DNA from: Microcoleus sp.
Lineage (GTDB): Bacteria; Cyanobacteriota; Cyanobacteriia; Cyanobacteriales; Microcoleaceae
Length of the DNA: 64,000 nt
Assembly: GCA_052279835.1 (NCBI GenBank)
Contig: CP181291.1
Location: forward strand, 1,120,001 to 1,184,000
Reading direction: 5' to 3'
The position numbers and the translations under genes were made by a program. Numbering within the stretch: the first letter of the stretch is position 1; the number at the start of each line of letters is the position of its first letter. The notes beneath the pieces are model-generated. The model had not been told where the DNA came from and did not search any database. It saw only the letters and a list, made by a program, of their open reading frames with translations. Positions 1 to 14,109 of this stretch are shown piece after piece.

Positions 1-211
1 CGGGCCCGTAAGCCACTGCCAAACCAGGCCGCCCATCCCTCCACAGCCGCAGGGCAATGCCTTCTGCTTGGGCTGTTTCTAGCTGTTTCAGGCGGTTTGC
101 TTCAAAAAATACCGGCCGCGATAAGGATTGCGACTCCAATACCTCAGCAGCTTCGGCACCTGCTTTGGTGGCTAATTCTAGCAGTTGTTCTGCTGATTGG
201 TGATTGGTCAT
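1..211 (-). CDS. TldD/PmbA family protein, N-terminal part (runs off the window)
   Basis: Hand translation from ATG at 211: MTNHQSAEQLLELATKAGAEAAEVLESQSLSRPVFFEANRLKQLETAQAEGIALRLWRDGRPGLAVAYGP, typical cyanobacterial PmbA/TldD N-terminus. Confidence 0.8.
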   Translation of the reverse strand, partial: MTNHQSAEQLLELATKAGAEAAEVLESQSLSRPVFFEANRLKQLETAQAEGIALRLWRDGRPGLAVAYGP

Positions 212-272
212 TGTTATTGGTAAGTTGAAGGAAGAAGGAAGTTGAACTGTTTATCGATATTTACAAGCAGAA

Positions 273-373
273 GTTATTGGTTATTGGTTACTGGTGATTG
301 GTTATTGGTTTTTTGTTATTGGTTCTTTACCTAACACCTAACAAATAACAAATAACAAATAACAACTAACAAC
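273..373. repeat. Heptamer short tandem repeats (TTATTGG / AACAAAT type, STRR-like) in inverted arrangement
   Basis: Tandem ttattgg units followed by aacaaat units. Confidence 0.8.
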
Positions 374-374
374 C

Positions 375-1244
375 CTAAATAGTTAATTCATGCAGCAGCC
401 AAAATCCGTCGAAAGATTCCGATTCAGGATTAGACTGGATTGCCAAAAAATGTACTTGTTTTGCTTCTTTTTTCGCAGCTTCAAATTTTTTACCTTCTGT
501 TTGAGTTGCCGAGTCTCTGAGATTAGCTAAAATCCAGCGATCGTTAGCACCCGTATCCAGTATCAACCTAGGAGGGGTAGGAGGGGACCCGGAGTCATAT
601 TTCATAAAAGCTAACTCCAAACCGGACATCCAACCGGCCAGGGCTGTTGCTCTAGACGAAAATATAATTAGCCCCGGAATCTGGGTTTCTGGGCTCAGCC
701 CTGTCATGGGTAGCCCAAAAGCTTCGCCAAATCCGATATCCCACTCGGACATTTCATCAAAAGCGGCGATCGGCAAACTCACAAATGCCCATTTTTCGCC
801 GATTAAAGCGTCCGGCAGTGCCACAGGCGTTTCGGGTACAAATTGCACCGAAGGGTTAACAGTGGCTTGATAACCCTCTTGTGCAGGGTAATACGATCGC
901 ATCCGTTCTTCTAGCCACAGGCTGAGGGCAAGGGTACGGCGGCTGGCTGCCACCGGTATGTCCAAATCTTCGCAGGCTTTGGTAATCATGTTGGCCATTT
1001 GGCGACGGAAAAAGCGGATTTTTTCGGGAGGTTTGGGTGCAGAGGCGATCGCCTCTTTAATGGCACCAGCCAGCCACAGGGAATTTACCGTTGAACTGGG
1101 GCACCACTGTGAGTAGCGAAACAGAGATTCTGCATTGTCACCCACATTCAGCGGACTTTCGCAAATCAACACTTCCCATTTTTTTTTCTGTCGATCGTCT
1201 AAGATCGGACGACTGTAAAAATCGAGTTCCCAAATAGTAGCCAT
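375..1244 (-). CDS. Tab2/Atab2 family RNA-binding protein (DUF1092)
   Basis: N-terminus IWELDFYSRPILD..KKKWEVLIC and C-terminus VHFLAIQSNPESESFDGFWLL. Confidence 0.9.
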   Translation of the reverse strand: MATIWELDFYSRPILDDRQKKKWEVLICESPLNVGDNAESLFRYSQWCPSSTVNSLWLAGAIKEAIASAPKPPEKIRFFRRQMANMITKACEDLDIPVAASRRTLALSLWLEERMRSYYPAQEGYQATVNPSVQFVPETPVALPDALIGEKWAFVSLPIAAFDEMSEWDIGFGEAFGLPMTGLSPETQIPGLIIFSSRATALAGWMSGLELAFMKYDSGSPPTPPRLILDTGANDRWILANLRDSATQTEGKKFEAAKKEAKQVHFLAIQSNPESESFDGFWLLHELTI

Positions 1245-1520
1245 GCAGCGCCGTTCAAATTAATGCTTTCTAATATTACCGGACATCGGGCAAGTTTCTG
1301 ATTCCGAGCAGTGGCAAATGATTTTAAATCATGGAGCATTTTAAAACAATGCTGAGGCGATGGTTGAGCCGAGTATTCACAGCCCACAGGTTTCTTAGTC
1401 TCTTGCAACCTGAATCTATCAATATGGTAAACTGGTCAAGACTGCCACTGTAAAAAACAACAAATAGAAGATAATTAAAGGTCGATCGCCTTTACTCAAA
1501 AACCAACAAATCGAAATTCC

Positions 1521-2243
1521 ATGACCAAACTCAGCGTCAACATCAACAGAATTGCCCTCCTCAGAAACTCTCGAAACATCGGCATTCCCAGCGTTACTGA
1601 AGCCGCCAAAACCGTAATTGCCGCCGGAGCCCACGGTGTCACAGTTCATCCCCGTCCCGATGAGCGACACATCAAAGCCTCCGATGTTTATGAATTAGCC
1701 AAAATGCTAACCGTAGAATTCAATATCGAAGGTAATCCTTTTCAAGATCCGTTTATGGATATAGTTTGCGATGTCAAACCAGCCCAGTGTACCTTAGTAC
1801 CAGATGCTCCCGATGTACTCACCTCGGATAGCGGTTGGAATATTCCTGAAAATCGCGATCGACTCCTACCAATTATTCAAAAATTAAAAGATAACGGCAT
1901 CAGAGTCAGTCTATTTATGGATGCAGACCCTGCTCTCATGGCCCTGGCAAAAGAAGTGGGCGCAGACCGAGTAGAATTGTACACAGAACCCTATGCAACG
2001 GCCTTTCGCGAAGGGAAAGTAGAATCAGTTTTTGAACAATATGTATTATCAGCTAAGGCTGCTCAAGCTGTCGGTTTAGGTGTGAATGCAGGACATGATT
2101 TAAACTTGCAAAACCTAGCTAAGTTTTGCTCGATTCCCGATATCCTCGAAGTATCGATCGGTCACGCTCTCATGGCAGAAGCATTAGAAATGGGTTTGTC
2201 TAACACTGTACAAGCTTACTTAAAAATTCTCTCAGATTTTTGA
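1521..2243 (+). CDS. pdxJ: Pyridoxine 5'-phosphate synthase
   Basis: LSVNIN, TVHPRPDERHI, NIEGNP, RVELYTEPYA, NAGHDL, EVSIGHAL motifs. Confidence 0.96.
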   Translation: MTKLSVNINRIALLRNSRNIGIPSVTEAAKTVIAAGAHGVTVHPRPDERHIKASDVYELAKMLTVEFNIEGNPFQDPFMDIVCDVKPAQCTLVPDAPDVLTSDSGWNIPENRDRLLPIIQKLKDNGIRVSLFMDADPALMALAKEVGADRVELYTEPYATAFREGKVESVFEQYVLSAKAAQAVGLGVNAGHDLNLQNLAKFCSIPDILEVSIGHALMAEALEMGLSNTVQAYLKILSDF

Positions 2244-2276
2244 CACTCCCTGCGCTGAAGCAGCAGGGAGTGTCAA
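2240..2276. repeat. Near-perfect hairpin TTGACACTCCCTGC...GCAGGGAGTGTCAA resembling an IS200/IS605 end
   Basis: 14-bp stem overlapping the pdxJ stop; GGGAGTGTCAA resembles cyanobacterial IS605-type right ends (recall). Confidence 0.55.
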
Positions 2277-2476
2277 CTCAAGATTGTTCTAGAAAGGTTA
2301 AATCATTCCGATGCAACGGTCAACTATATGACCGTTGTCACTTCAGGGATAGCATATCCCGTGCGATCGCCCAGGATTTTATGAGCTTGTCTCCGAGAGA
2401 CTAACAGCCACAAAGATTCGACCAGGGACGTAATTTTGCGAGATGACAAAGCGGGCGACTAACCCCAAGTTTGCCT

Positions 2477-2515
2477 AAAAACAACAAAGCCCCTTTCTAG
2501 AAGAGAGAAAGAGGC
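2477..2515 (-). terminator. Intrinsic terminator of the rRNA operon
   Basis: Minus strand GCCTCTTTCT-loop-AGAAAGGGGC followed by TTTGTTGTTTTT, just after 5S. Confidence 0.7.
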
Positions 2516-2535
2516 ATTATGTGTGGTAAATAAAT

Positions 2536-2654
2536 CCCAGGCATCGAGCTATTTTCTCAGGCAGTGACCCGCCAAATATCTTCGCCACCGCAGCGTTTAA
2601 CAACCGAGTTCGGGATGGAATCGGAGTGGTGCCACTGCGTCATAGACACCTAGA
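2536..2654 (-). rRNA. rrf: 5S rRNA
   Basis: Conserved CCATCCCGAACTCGG motif and complementary ends, downstream of 23S. Confidence 0.95.
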
Positions 2655-2718
2655 AAAACTGTGGGGTGTAAAACCCTGAAGACTGCATAGACACAAAGTA
2701 ATCACCATCTAAAATTGA

Positions 2719-5617
<2,899 letters not shown>

Positions 5618-5814
5618 AACATCATTTACTGATGGTCTTTGGTGAGCGATGCTGATTTCTCAGTTTTCTCACCTGTTTGATGATTACTTTGTCTCTATGC
5701 AGTTTTCAAGGTTCTTACTAGAGTCGAGACTCCAGCATTCTGACTAGCTTTCGGCTGGTCTAGGTGCTGATTTCTACTTGATCTGTGTTATTTCTGGGCT
5801 TTGTTGAGTGAGAG

Positions 5815-5887
5815 TGGAGGTAAGCGGACTCGAACCGCTGACTTCCTGCGTGCAAGGCAGGCGCTCTACCAACTGAGCTATACCCCC
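5815..5887 (-). tRNA. tRNA-Ala(TGC)
   Basis: GGGGGTATAGCTCAG...TTGCA...GGTTCGAGTCCGCTTACCTCCA, 73 nt, G3-U70 pair, in the ITS. Confidence 0.97.
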
Positions 5888-5974
5888 ACTAAGCTAGTGC
5901 GTCATTTTTCTGTGCCACATTCAGGACTTTTGGTTCCTTGACTGCACACTGAAAATTCTTCACTTGTTTCCAGG

Positions 5975-6048
<74 letters not shown>

Positions 6049-6165
6049 GTTACCTGAACCCTTTAATAGTTTGAAAGCTTTGACTCTATTATCTCGAACG
6101 ACCAGGGATGACTGATTCTAGACCTTGATTGTTTAGGTTCGGTCTGTCTTCAGATGGTCTCCCTA

Positions 6166-7654
<1,489 letters not shown>

Positions 7655-7907
7655 TTGTTGAGTTTTTTTCGGCTCGTCAAGTTGTTTTCCGGTTATTTTG
7701 GCGATTAGGCCTGATTTCCTTCTTTTTTACTTGACTTTTTTCTCGTTGTTTGTGATATTAAGTATCAGCTACTGCTTTTACTCTCTATCTTTAATTTTTT
7801 TGACGAGGTTAATAGTGCTTTAAGCTTTCAAACTATTCTTTTTTCTAGGTTCGGTGTTTACCTTTCGGTCGTGGTTCGGTGAACCGCTTTCCTTCCGGCG
7901 CTTTATT

Positions 7908-7936
7908 AATATACTTATTCCGCAAGATGTTGTCAA
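7908..7936 (-). promoter_or_regulatory. sigma70-type rRNA operon promoter
   Basis: TTGACA, 17-nt spacer, TATATT, about 250 nt upstream of 16S. Confidence 0.8.
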
Positions 7937-8025
7937 GCGTTTTGTGAAATTATTTTGGAGTTTTTTTTAATCCTATACACCGTATGGTTTTCGGCTCTTA
8001 ATTCCAGCTCCGACATCCTCCGGCT

Positions 8026-8057
8026 GACTCCTTTTTCCCAGAAGGAGTCTTTTTTTT
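8026..8057 (+). terminator. Terminator-like hairpin upstream of the ABC binding-protein gene
   Basis: GACTCCTT...AAGGAGTC stem followed by T8. Confidence 0.6.
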
Positions 8058-8120
8058 GCCTCCATGGGTGATTTTGGGCTCTGGAGCTACCACCCATAGC
8101 TAGAATATTTTTACGTTTAG

Positions 8121-9434
8121 ATGATCTATATAGTTTATGTTCGCCCGCTCATGAAAAAAACTACAGCTCGCCCTACTACCTTATTCATTACCTGCGCTTC
8201 ACTGCTGCTGGCTTGCAGTCAGACGGACAAGACGAACACTCCCCAAACCTCTGCCACAGTATCTCCGGCGACTTCGCCATCTGCCAGTGCTTCGCCAGGG
8301 GGTTCGGCTGCGGGAAGTTCCAATAGTGCGGGAAGTTCCAACACTATATATATAGGGATTGGGGTGGCCCAAACTAGCAACGTGGCTTTACTCGGCCAGG
8401 AACAAGTCGCTGGGGCGAAAATTGCCGAGAAGTATTTTAACGACAAGGGCGGTGTGGATGGGACTCCGATTAAGCTGGTGTTCCAAGATACTGGTGGAGA
8501 TGAACAAGGAGCGATCAATGCTTTCAATACTCTGATCAATCAGGATCGGGTGGTGGGTATTGTGGGGCCAAGCCTGTCGCAACAAGCTTTTAGTGCCGAT
8601 CCGATCGCCGATCGCGCCAAAGTTCCCGTACTCGCACCATCCAACACCGCTAAAGGGATTCCCCAGATTGGCGATTATGTCGCCAGAGTCTCCGCGCCTG
8701 TAGCCGTGGTAGCACCTAATGCAGTTAAAGCCGCTCTCAAACAAAATCCCAATATTAAGAAAGTAGCTGTATTTTTTGCTCAGAATGATGCCTTTAGCAA
8801 ATCTGAGACGGAAACTTTCCAGACTACGGTTAAAGATATGGGGCTGGAATTGGCAACAGTCCAAAAATTCTTAACTACGGATACAGATTTCCAATCTCAA
8901 GCCACTAATGCGATCAATGTCAAGCCCGATCTGATTATTATTTCCGGCTTGGCCGCCGATGGAGGCAATTTAATTAAGCAATTGCGGGAGTTAGGTTACA
9001 AAGGGGTTATGATTGGGGGCAACGGTCTCAATACTTCTAATATATTTCCTGTTTGTAAAGCGCTCTGTGACGGGGTTTTGATTGCCCAAGCATATAGCCC
9101 GGAATATTCCAATGTGATTAATAAAGATTTTCGGGATGCTTATCGCGCTCAATTTAAAAAGGAACCCCCTCAGTTTAGCGCTCAAGCTTTTACTGGTGTT
9201 CAAGTTTTTGTCGAGTCATTAAAGGTGATAAATTCTCAGTCTAAGGTTAGCCAACAGCCTTTGCCTCAATTGCGTACAAATTTGAATCAACAGTTGTTGC
9301 TTGGAAAGTACGACACCCCTTTGGGAGAAATTTCTTTTACACCAGAAGGTGAGATTAATCAGAAAGATTTTTATGTAGCAATGATTAAAATGGATGCGGA
9401 TGGAACTAATGGGAAATTTGAGTTTTTGAAGTAA
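8121..9434 (+). CDS. Branched-chain amino acid ABC transporter substrate-binding lipoprotein (LivJ/NatB-like); start may be 8151
   Basis: Lipobox LLAC, Ser/Ala linker, periplasmic binding fold motifs (GGVDGTPIKLVFQDT, VVGIVGP). Confidence 0.9.
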   Translation: MIYIVYVRPLMKKTTARPTTLFITCASLLLACSQTDKTNTPQTSATVSPATSPSASASPGGSAAGSSNSAGSSNTIYIGIGVAQTSNVALLGQEQVAGAKIAEKYFNDKGGVDGTPIKLVFQDTGGDEQGAINAFNTLINQDRVVGIVGPSLSQQAFSADPIADRAKVPVLAPSNTAKGIPQIGDYVARVSAPVAVVAPNAVKAALKQNPNIKKVAVFFAQNDAFSKSETETFQTTVKDMGLELATVQKFLTTDTDFQSQATNAINVKPDLIIISGLAADGGNLIKQLRELGYKGVMIGGNGLNTSNIFPVCKALCDGVLIAQAYSPEYSNVINKDFRDAYRAQFKKEPPQFSAQAFTGVQVFVESLKVINSQSKVSQQPLPQLRTNLNQQLLLGKYDTPLGEISFTPEGEINQKDFYVAMIKMDADGTNGKFEFLK

Positions 9435-9463
9435 AAAAAATAGGTAATTAAGCCATCAAAAAC

Positions 9464-10672
9464 ATGAGTGAGACGGTTTTAGAAAGAATTCAGAAATTTA
9501 ATCACGGGCGCAACCCGGAGCGACTTTTGTTGAAGTACCAGGCAATGAAAACTAATAGTTTTGTATTTTTTCGCGGTACTTGCCATTTATTTTATGAAGA
9601 TTTGGATAAAAGTTCTGTGCTGAATGATACACCACCTGTATGGGTTTGTGGTGATTTGCACTTGGAAAATTTCGGCAGCTACAAGGGTGATAATAGATTG
9701 GTTTATTTTGATATAAACGATTTTGATGAATCCGCTTTGGCTCCGGCTAGTTGGGAAATAACTCGTTTTTTGACTAGCGTTTTAGTTGGTGCGAATACGC
9801 TGGGGGTGAATCAGTCGGAAGCATTGACTTTATGTCGCTGCTTTCTCCAAGCTTACACTGATGCTTTGGCTTTGGGAACTGCTCGAACTGTGGAGAGGGG
9901 GACTGCTGAGGGGATGGTTGCAGATTTATTGGATAGTTTGAAGTTACGCCGGCGGAAAGATTTTTTGGATCGGCGGACGGAGGTGAAAAAGGGTCTTCGT
10001 CGCTTGATTTTTGATAATAAGCGGACGGCGGCTATATCCTCCCAGGAGCGATCGCTCGTTGAATTTTTGATGAAGAATTGGGCTGCTAAACAGCCAAATG
10101 CGGAGTTTTTTAAGTTGTTAGATGTGGGGGTAAGAATTGCTGGTACGGGAAGTTTGGGGGTAAAGCGCTATGTGGTTTTAGTGGAAGGGAAGGGTTCTCC
10201 TGATGGGAATTATTTGTTGGATATTAAACAAGCACTTCCCTCTTCTTTGATACCGTACTTGAAGTTGTCTCAGCCTCAATGGGCTAATGAAGCCGTAAGG
10301 ATTGTGGCTATCCAAAAGCGGATGGAAGCTATGCCACAAGCTTGGGTTTCGGTGGTGGAAATGGCTGGAGAACCGTTTGTGTTGCGGGGGTTGCAACCAA
10401 CTCAAGATCAGGTGAGTTTGGATCAGTGGAATGGGAAGTTGGGGCGGTTGAAAAAGGTGCTAAAAACTATGGGGGAAATTACGGCTTGGAATCAGTTACG
10501 CAGTAGTGGTCGCCAAGGCTCGGCGATCGCAGATGAGTTAATTAATTGGGCTGAAAATGCCGATCGCTGGCATGACCCTCTGTTGGACTATGCTCAAGCA
10601 TATTTTACTAAAGTACAAGCAGATTATCAAGATTTTTGTTCGGAAATTACTCAGATAAAGTCGGCGACTTAA
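9464..10672 (+). CDS. DUF2252 family protein (kinase-like fold)
   Basis: FFRGT, CGDLHLENFG, FDINDFDES, AGTGSLG motifs. Confidence 0.88.
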   Translation: MSETVLERIQKFNHGRNPERLLLKYQAMKTNSFVFFRGTCHLFYEDLDKSSVLNDTPPVWVCGDLHLENFGSYKGDNRLVYFDINDFDESALAPASWEITRFLTSVLVGANTLGVNQSEALTLCRCFLQAYTDALALGTARTVERGTAEGMVADLLDSLKLRRRKDFLDRRTEVKKGLRRLIFDNKRTAAISSQERSLVEFLMKNWAAKQPNAEFFKLLDVGVRIAGTGSLGVKRYVVLVEGKGSPDGNYLLDIKQALPSSLIPYLKLSQPQWANEAVRIVAIQKRMEAMPQAWVSVVEMAGEPFVLRGLQPTQDQVSLDQWNGKLGRLKKVLKTMGEITAWNQLRSSGRQGSAIADELINWAENADRWHDPLLDYAQAYFTKVQADYQDFCSEITQIKSAT

Positions 10673-10682
10673 AAGAGGTAAT

Positions 10683-11633
10683 GTGGATCTCACTCAATTT
10701 ATTCAACAATTTTTGAATGGTTTGTCGATCGGCAGCGTGTATGCTATTTTTGCCCTGGGATACACGCTGGTTTTTTCTATTCTGGGAATTATTAATTTTG
10801 CTCACGGTGCTGTATTTACATTAGGTGCTTATTTTACTTATGCGCTGATGGGAGGTGCTGTCGGTTTTAATGGGTTGTGGGCTAATGCTCGAATTCCGGT
10901 GCAATTGCCTTTTGCTGTGGCGTTAATTTTGGGCAGTGTCATGGCTGGTTTTGTGGGAGTAATTGTGGAACGAGTTGCTTTTTTACCTTTGCGTCGCCGA
11001 CACTCGGATTCTCTGCTGACGGTGGTTTCTAGTTTGGGTGTCGCAGTTGCGATCGCCAATATCATTCAATATCTAGTCGGTGCGGAAATTTACACTTTTC
11101 CTGCTAATACTTACGGCTATTTGCCTGCTGCAATTAACTTCGGTACAGCGGATAAACCGATTCCGATTCGGACTGTGCAAATAGTAATTTTTGCGGTATC
11201 AGTTGTGATTGTGGCTGTGTTGACTTACTTGATAAATTTCACTAAATTTGGGAAAGCAATGCAGGCGGTGGCTGAAGATGCTACTACTTCTAGTTTGTTG
11301 GGGATTGATACCGATCGCTATATTGTGTTGACGTTTTTTGTGAGTAGTTTTCTGGCTGGTTTGGCGGGTAGTTTGGTGGGTTCTAGCGTAAGTATTGCGG
11401 GACCGTATTTTGGGATTACTTTTGGTTTGAAGGGTTTGGCGGTGATTGTGCTTGGGGGCTTGGGGAGTATTCCTGGGGCGGTTTTGGGTGGGTTTATGAT
11501 TGGTTTGGTTGAGGCTTTTGTGCCTGGTGATTTTTCGGCTTATAAGGATGCTGTGGCTTTTGCGATATTGTTTATTATGCTGTTGGTTAGGCCGCAGGGT
11601 TTGTTTGGACGGCGTTTGATTCAAAAGGTGTAA
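10683..11633 (+). CDS. livH: Branched-chain amino acid ABC permease (LivH-like)
   Basis: NGLSIGSVYAIFALGYTLVF..INFAHG, VLGGLGSIPGA, RPQGLFG. Confidence 0.9.
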   Translation: MDLTQFIQQFLNGLSIGSVYAIFALGYTLVFSILGIINFAHGAVFTLGAYFTYALMGGAVGFNGLWANARIPVQLPFAVALILGSVMAGFVGVIVERVAFLPLRRRHSDSLLTVVSSLGVAVAIANIIQYLVGAEIYTFPANTYGYLPAAINFGTADKPIPIRTVQIVIFAVSVVIVAVLTYLINFTKFGKAMQAVAEDATTSSLLGIDTDRYIVLTFFVSSFLAGLAGSLVGSSVSIAGPYFGITFGLKGLAVIVLGGLGSIPGAVLGGFMIGLVEAFVPGDFSAYKDAVAFAILFIMLLVRPQGLFGRRLIQKV

Positions 11634-11645
11634 GTTTAGTTTGTT

Positions 11646-11750
11646 ATATCAAAATATACGCTGGACAATAGGGAGTAAGATTAAATGAACCGCGAAGACG
11701 CAAAGGACGCGAAGGAAGAGAAAGAAGAAATTTATTTTATTTTTTTGATA
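11646..11750. repeat. Short MITE-like element containing AACCGCGAAGACGCAAAGGACGCGAAGGAAGAG
   Basis: TATCAAAA...TTTTGATA ends; core shared with 57931-57995. Confidence 0.5.
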
Positions 11751-11766
11751 AATACAAATTAAAGTT

Positions 11767-12702
11767 ATGGCTACATTTTTTACTACTTATGGGTTTCTGA
11801 TTGTCTCGATGTTGTTGGGTGCAATGTTGGGAATGTCGCTTTATTTGCCTTTAATGACTGGTCAGTTGTCTCTGGCTAGCCCTGGTTTTTATGCGTTGGG
11901 TGGGTATATTGCGGCGATTTTGTCTACGACGGTGTTTAAGCCGACAGGGGGTTTATTTCCTCTGCCATTGCTGTTGGTGGAGATGATAATTGCAGGGTTT
12001 GTTTCGGGGTTGTTGGGGATTTTGGTGGGAATTCCGGCGCTGCGTTTGAGTGGGATTTATTTGGCGATCGCAACTATTGCTTTTGTGGAAATTTTGCGGG
12101 TTTTATCGCTGAATCTGGATATCACTGGCGGGGCTGTGGGCATTTTTGGGATTCCGCAACCGTTTGAGACGCCGATCGAGTATTTGTGGATTGTACTGCC
12201 TTTACTGTTGGTAAGTATGGCGATTGTCTATCGGCTGGAACGGATTCGGGTGGGGCGCGCTTTTGCGGCGATTCGGGCTGATGAGTTGGCGGCGGATGCG
12301 ATCGGGATTAACCCAACTTTTTATAAGGTTTTGGCTTTTACGTTAGGTGCTGTTTTAGCTGGGGTTGTGGGTGCGATTAGTGCTCATTTTCTGAATACTT
12401 GGAACGCGCGTCAAGGTACTTTTGATGCTAGTATTATTTACTTGACTTCTGTGTTGATTGGTGGTAGCAGAACGTTTCTGGGAGCAGTTTTGGGTGGGAT
12501 GGTTTTTACTGCTTTACCGGAGGTTTTGAGGGGGATGGCGACTATTCAGGGATTGCCGGTTTGGTTGGCGCAATTTCTGCGGGATGGGCGGTTAATTATT
12601 TTTGGGGTGCTGATTGTTTTGGGGACGATATTTTTTCCGCAAGGGTTGGTGACGCCGGAGTTGTTGAAGAAGTGGAGGAAGGGCGATCGCACTTCTGTTT
12701 AA
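11767..12702 (+). CDS. livM: Branched-chain amino acid ABC permease (LivM-like)
   Basis: GQLSLA, LRLSGIYLAIATIAF, GRAFAAIRADELAA, FPQGL. Confidence 0.9.
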   Translation: MATFFTTYGFLIVSMLLGAMLGMSLYLPLMTGQLSLASPGFYALGGYIAAILSTTVFKPTGGLFPLPLLLVEMIIAGFVSGLLGILVGIPALRLSGIYLAIATIAFVEILRVLSLNLDITGGAVGIFGIPQPFETPIEYLWIVLPLLLVSMAIVYRLERIRVGRAFAAIRADELAADAIGINPTFYKVLAFTLGAVLAGVVGAISAHFLNTWNARQGTFDASIIYLTSVLIGGSRTFLGAVLGGMVFTALPEVLRGMATIQGLPVWLAQFLRDGRLIIFGVLIVLGTIFFPQGLVTPELLKKWRKGDRTSV

Positions 12703-12803
12703 AATTAGATTATTGGTAGATAAAAGTGCGATCGCTTCTTTAATGAGTACGTAAGTCTTAAAATGGAACATTGTCGAGCGGTTGAAGAGCGTGAGGGCTG
12801 ATT

Positions 12804-13169
12804 TTGAATGAAGTTGAGGAGCAAGCCAAAAGATTGCTGCAAACGCTATTATCTGTGCCGTTTGAGTCCTGTGCATTAATCACCCGTGAATTTCGAGATC
12901 TCCCACTGTCACCTGGACTGTATGCGGTCAAGCATCGGGAGCATGGGCTACTTTATATTGGCAAAGCAAAAAAACTCCGAGAGCGATTTAGAGGTGGACA
13001 CAAAGCCTGCACCTGGTCATGGTTGGATGATTATAACCATCGAGATGTTGCGATCGCGTTCGCACCGCTCTCAATGGTTGATGTTCTAAAATTGGGAGAT
13101 GAGCTAGAAAGCATTCTGATTCATGCGACACAGCCCCCATACAATGCGAGATATCCTAGTAGAAACTAA
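12804..13169 (+). CDS. GIY-YIG nuclease family protein (TTG start)
   Basis: PGLYAV..LLYIGKA..LRERF, conserved Glu in LESILI, and PPYN. Confidence 0.85.
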   Translation: MNEVEEQAKRLLQTLLSVPFESCALITREFRDLPLSPGLYAVKHREHGLLYIGKAKKLRERFRGGHKACTWSWLDDYNHRDVAIAFAPLSMVDVLKLGDELESILIHATQPPYNARYPSRN

Positions 13170-13180
13170 AGGTTGTAACG

Positions 13181-13444
13181 ATGCAAACTCTCCCACAAAC
13201 TGATAGAAATCATCTCAGCCATGATGCGGCATTGATGTTGTTGGCAGTGTTACCGGAGCGCATTCGCGATGCTTATTTGAATTATGCCAAACAGATTGAC
13301 TACTCCATCGAAATGGTACTGGAGATGGCACTAGCCGACTTCCTAGACCCTGATTCATTGACGTTTACAGACTGTCAGCCTCAGATCGGTTTACCTCTAA
13401 ACGAAGATCGGGTTGCACGATCGGTAATCGAAGGGCGATCGTGA
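13181..13444 (+). CDS. Small acidic hypothetical protein, possible RHH-like partner of the GIY-YIG gene
   Basis: 87 aa ORF 11 bp after GIY-YIG; helix pattern LPERIRDAYLNYAKQIDYSIEMVLEMALADFL. Confidence 0.7.
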   Translation: MQTLPQTDRNHLSHDAALMLLAVLPERIRDAYLNYAKQIDYSIEMVLEMALADFLDPDSLTFTDCQPQIGLPLNEDRVARSVIEGRS

Positions 13445-13686
13445 TGTACGATCGAGATTATCCGCTTCTAATAAGGGTCGATGATCGCATCCTACAAACT
13501 GCATGAAATAATGCGTTATACTGTCACTGACGCATCCTACAAGATCGGCGATCGCATCCACACACCTCATGGATCGCCCTGTTGGTCAAAAAAGACACTC
13601 GTGCGTCGGTAGATTATAGGACTAATTGCCAATTTTAGGTTTTCCGCGTTATTATCTAAACAAAGCAGAATTTTGTTAGTACACTC

Positions 13687-14109
13687 GTGCCAGAAATTGT
13701 TATTGATACCAATGTTATTGTTGCAGGTTTGCGCTCCAGTCGAGGTAGTGCATTTAGATTACTGCAACTCATAGGTACTGGAATATTTGACATCCATTTA
13801 TCTGTGCCACTTGTTTTAGAGTATGAAGAAGTATTGCTACGAGAACTAACAAATTTGTCAATTACACGATCGGATGTTGGAGATTTACTTGATTTCTACT
13901 GTTCGGTAGCAACGCACCATCAAATCTTTTTTCTATGGCGACCTTACTTACGCGACCCCAAGGATGACATGGTTTTGGAACTTGCTGTTAAAGCTCGCTG
14001 TGATAGTATAGTTACATACAATAATCGTGATTTTGTGGGAATCGATCGATTTGGATTAAAAACAGTTAAGCCAATAGAGTTTTTACAATCGATAGGAGTT
14101 TTGTTATGA
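13687..14109 (+). CDS. PIN-domain toxin (VapC-like)
   Basis: IVIDTNV N-terminus, LEYEE, RDPKDD, IVTYN.RDF. Confidence 0.9.
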   Translation: MPEIVIDTNVIVAGLRSSRGSAFRLLQLIGTGIFDIHLSVPLVLEYEEVLLRELTNLSITRSDVGDLLDFYCSVATHHQIFFLWRPYLRDPKDDMVLELAVKARCDSIVTYNNRDFVGIDRFGLKTVKPIEFLQSIGVLL

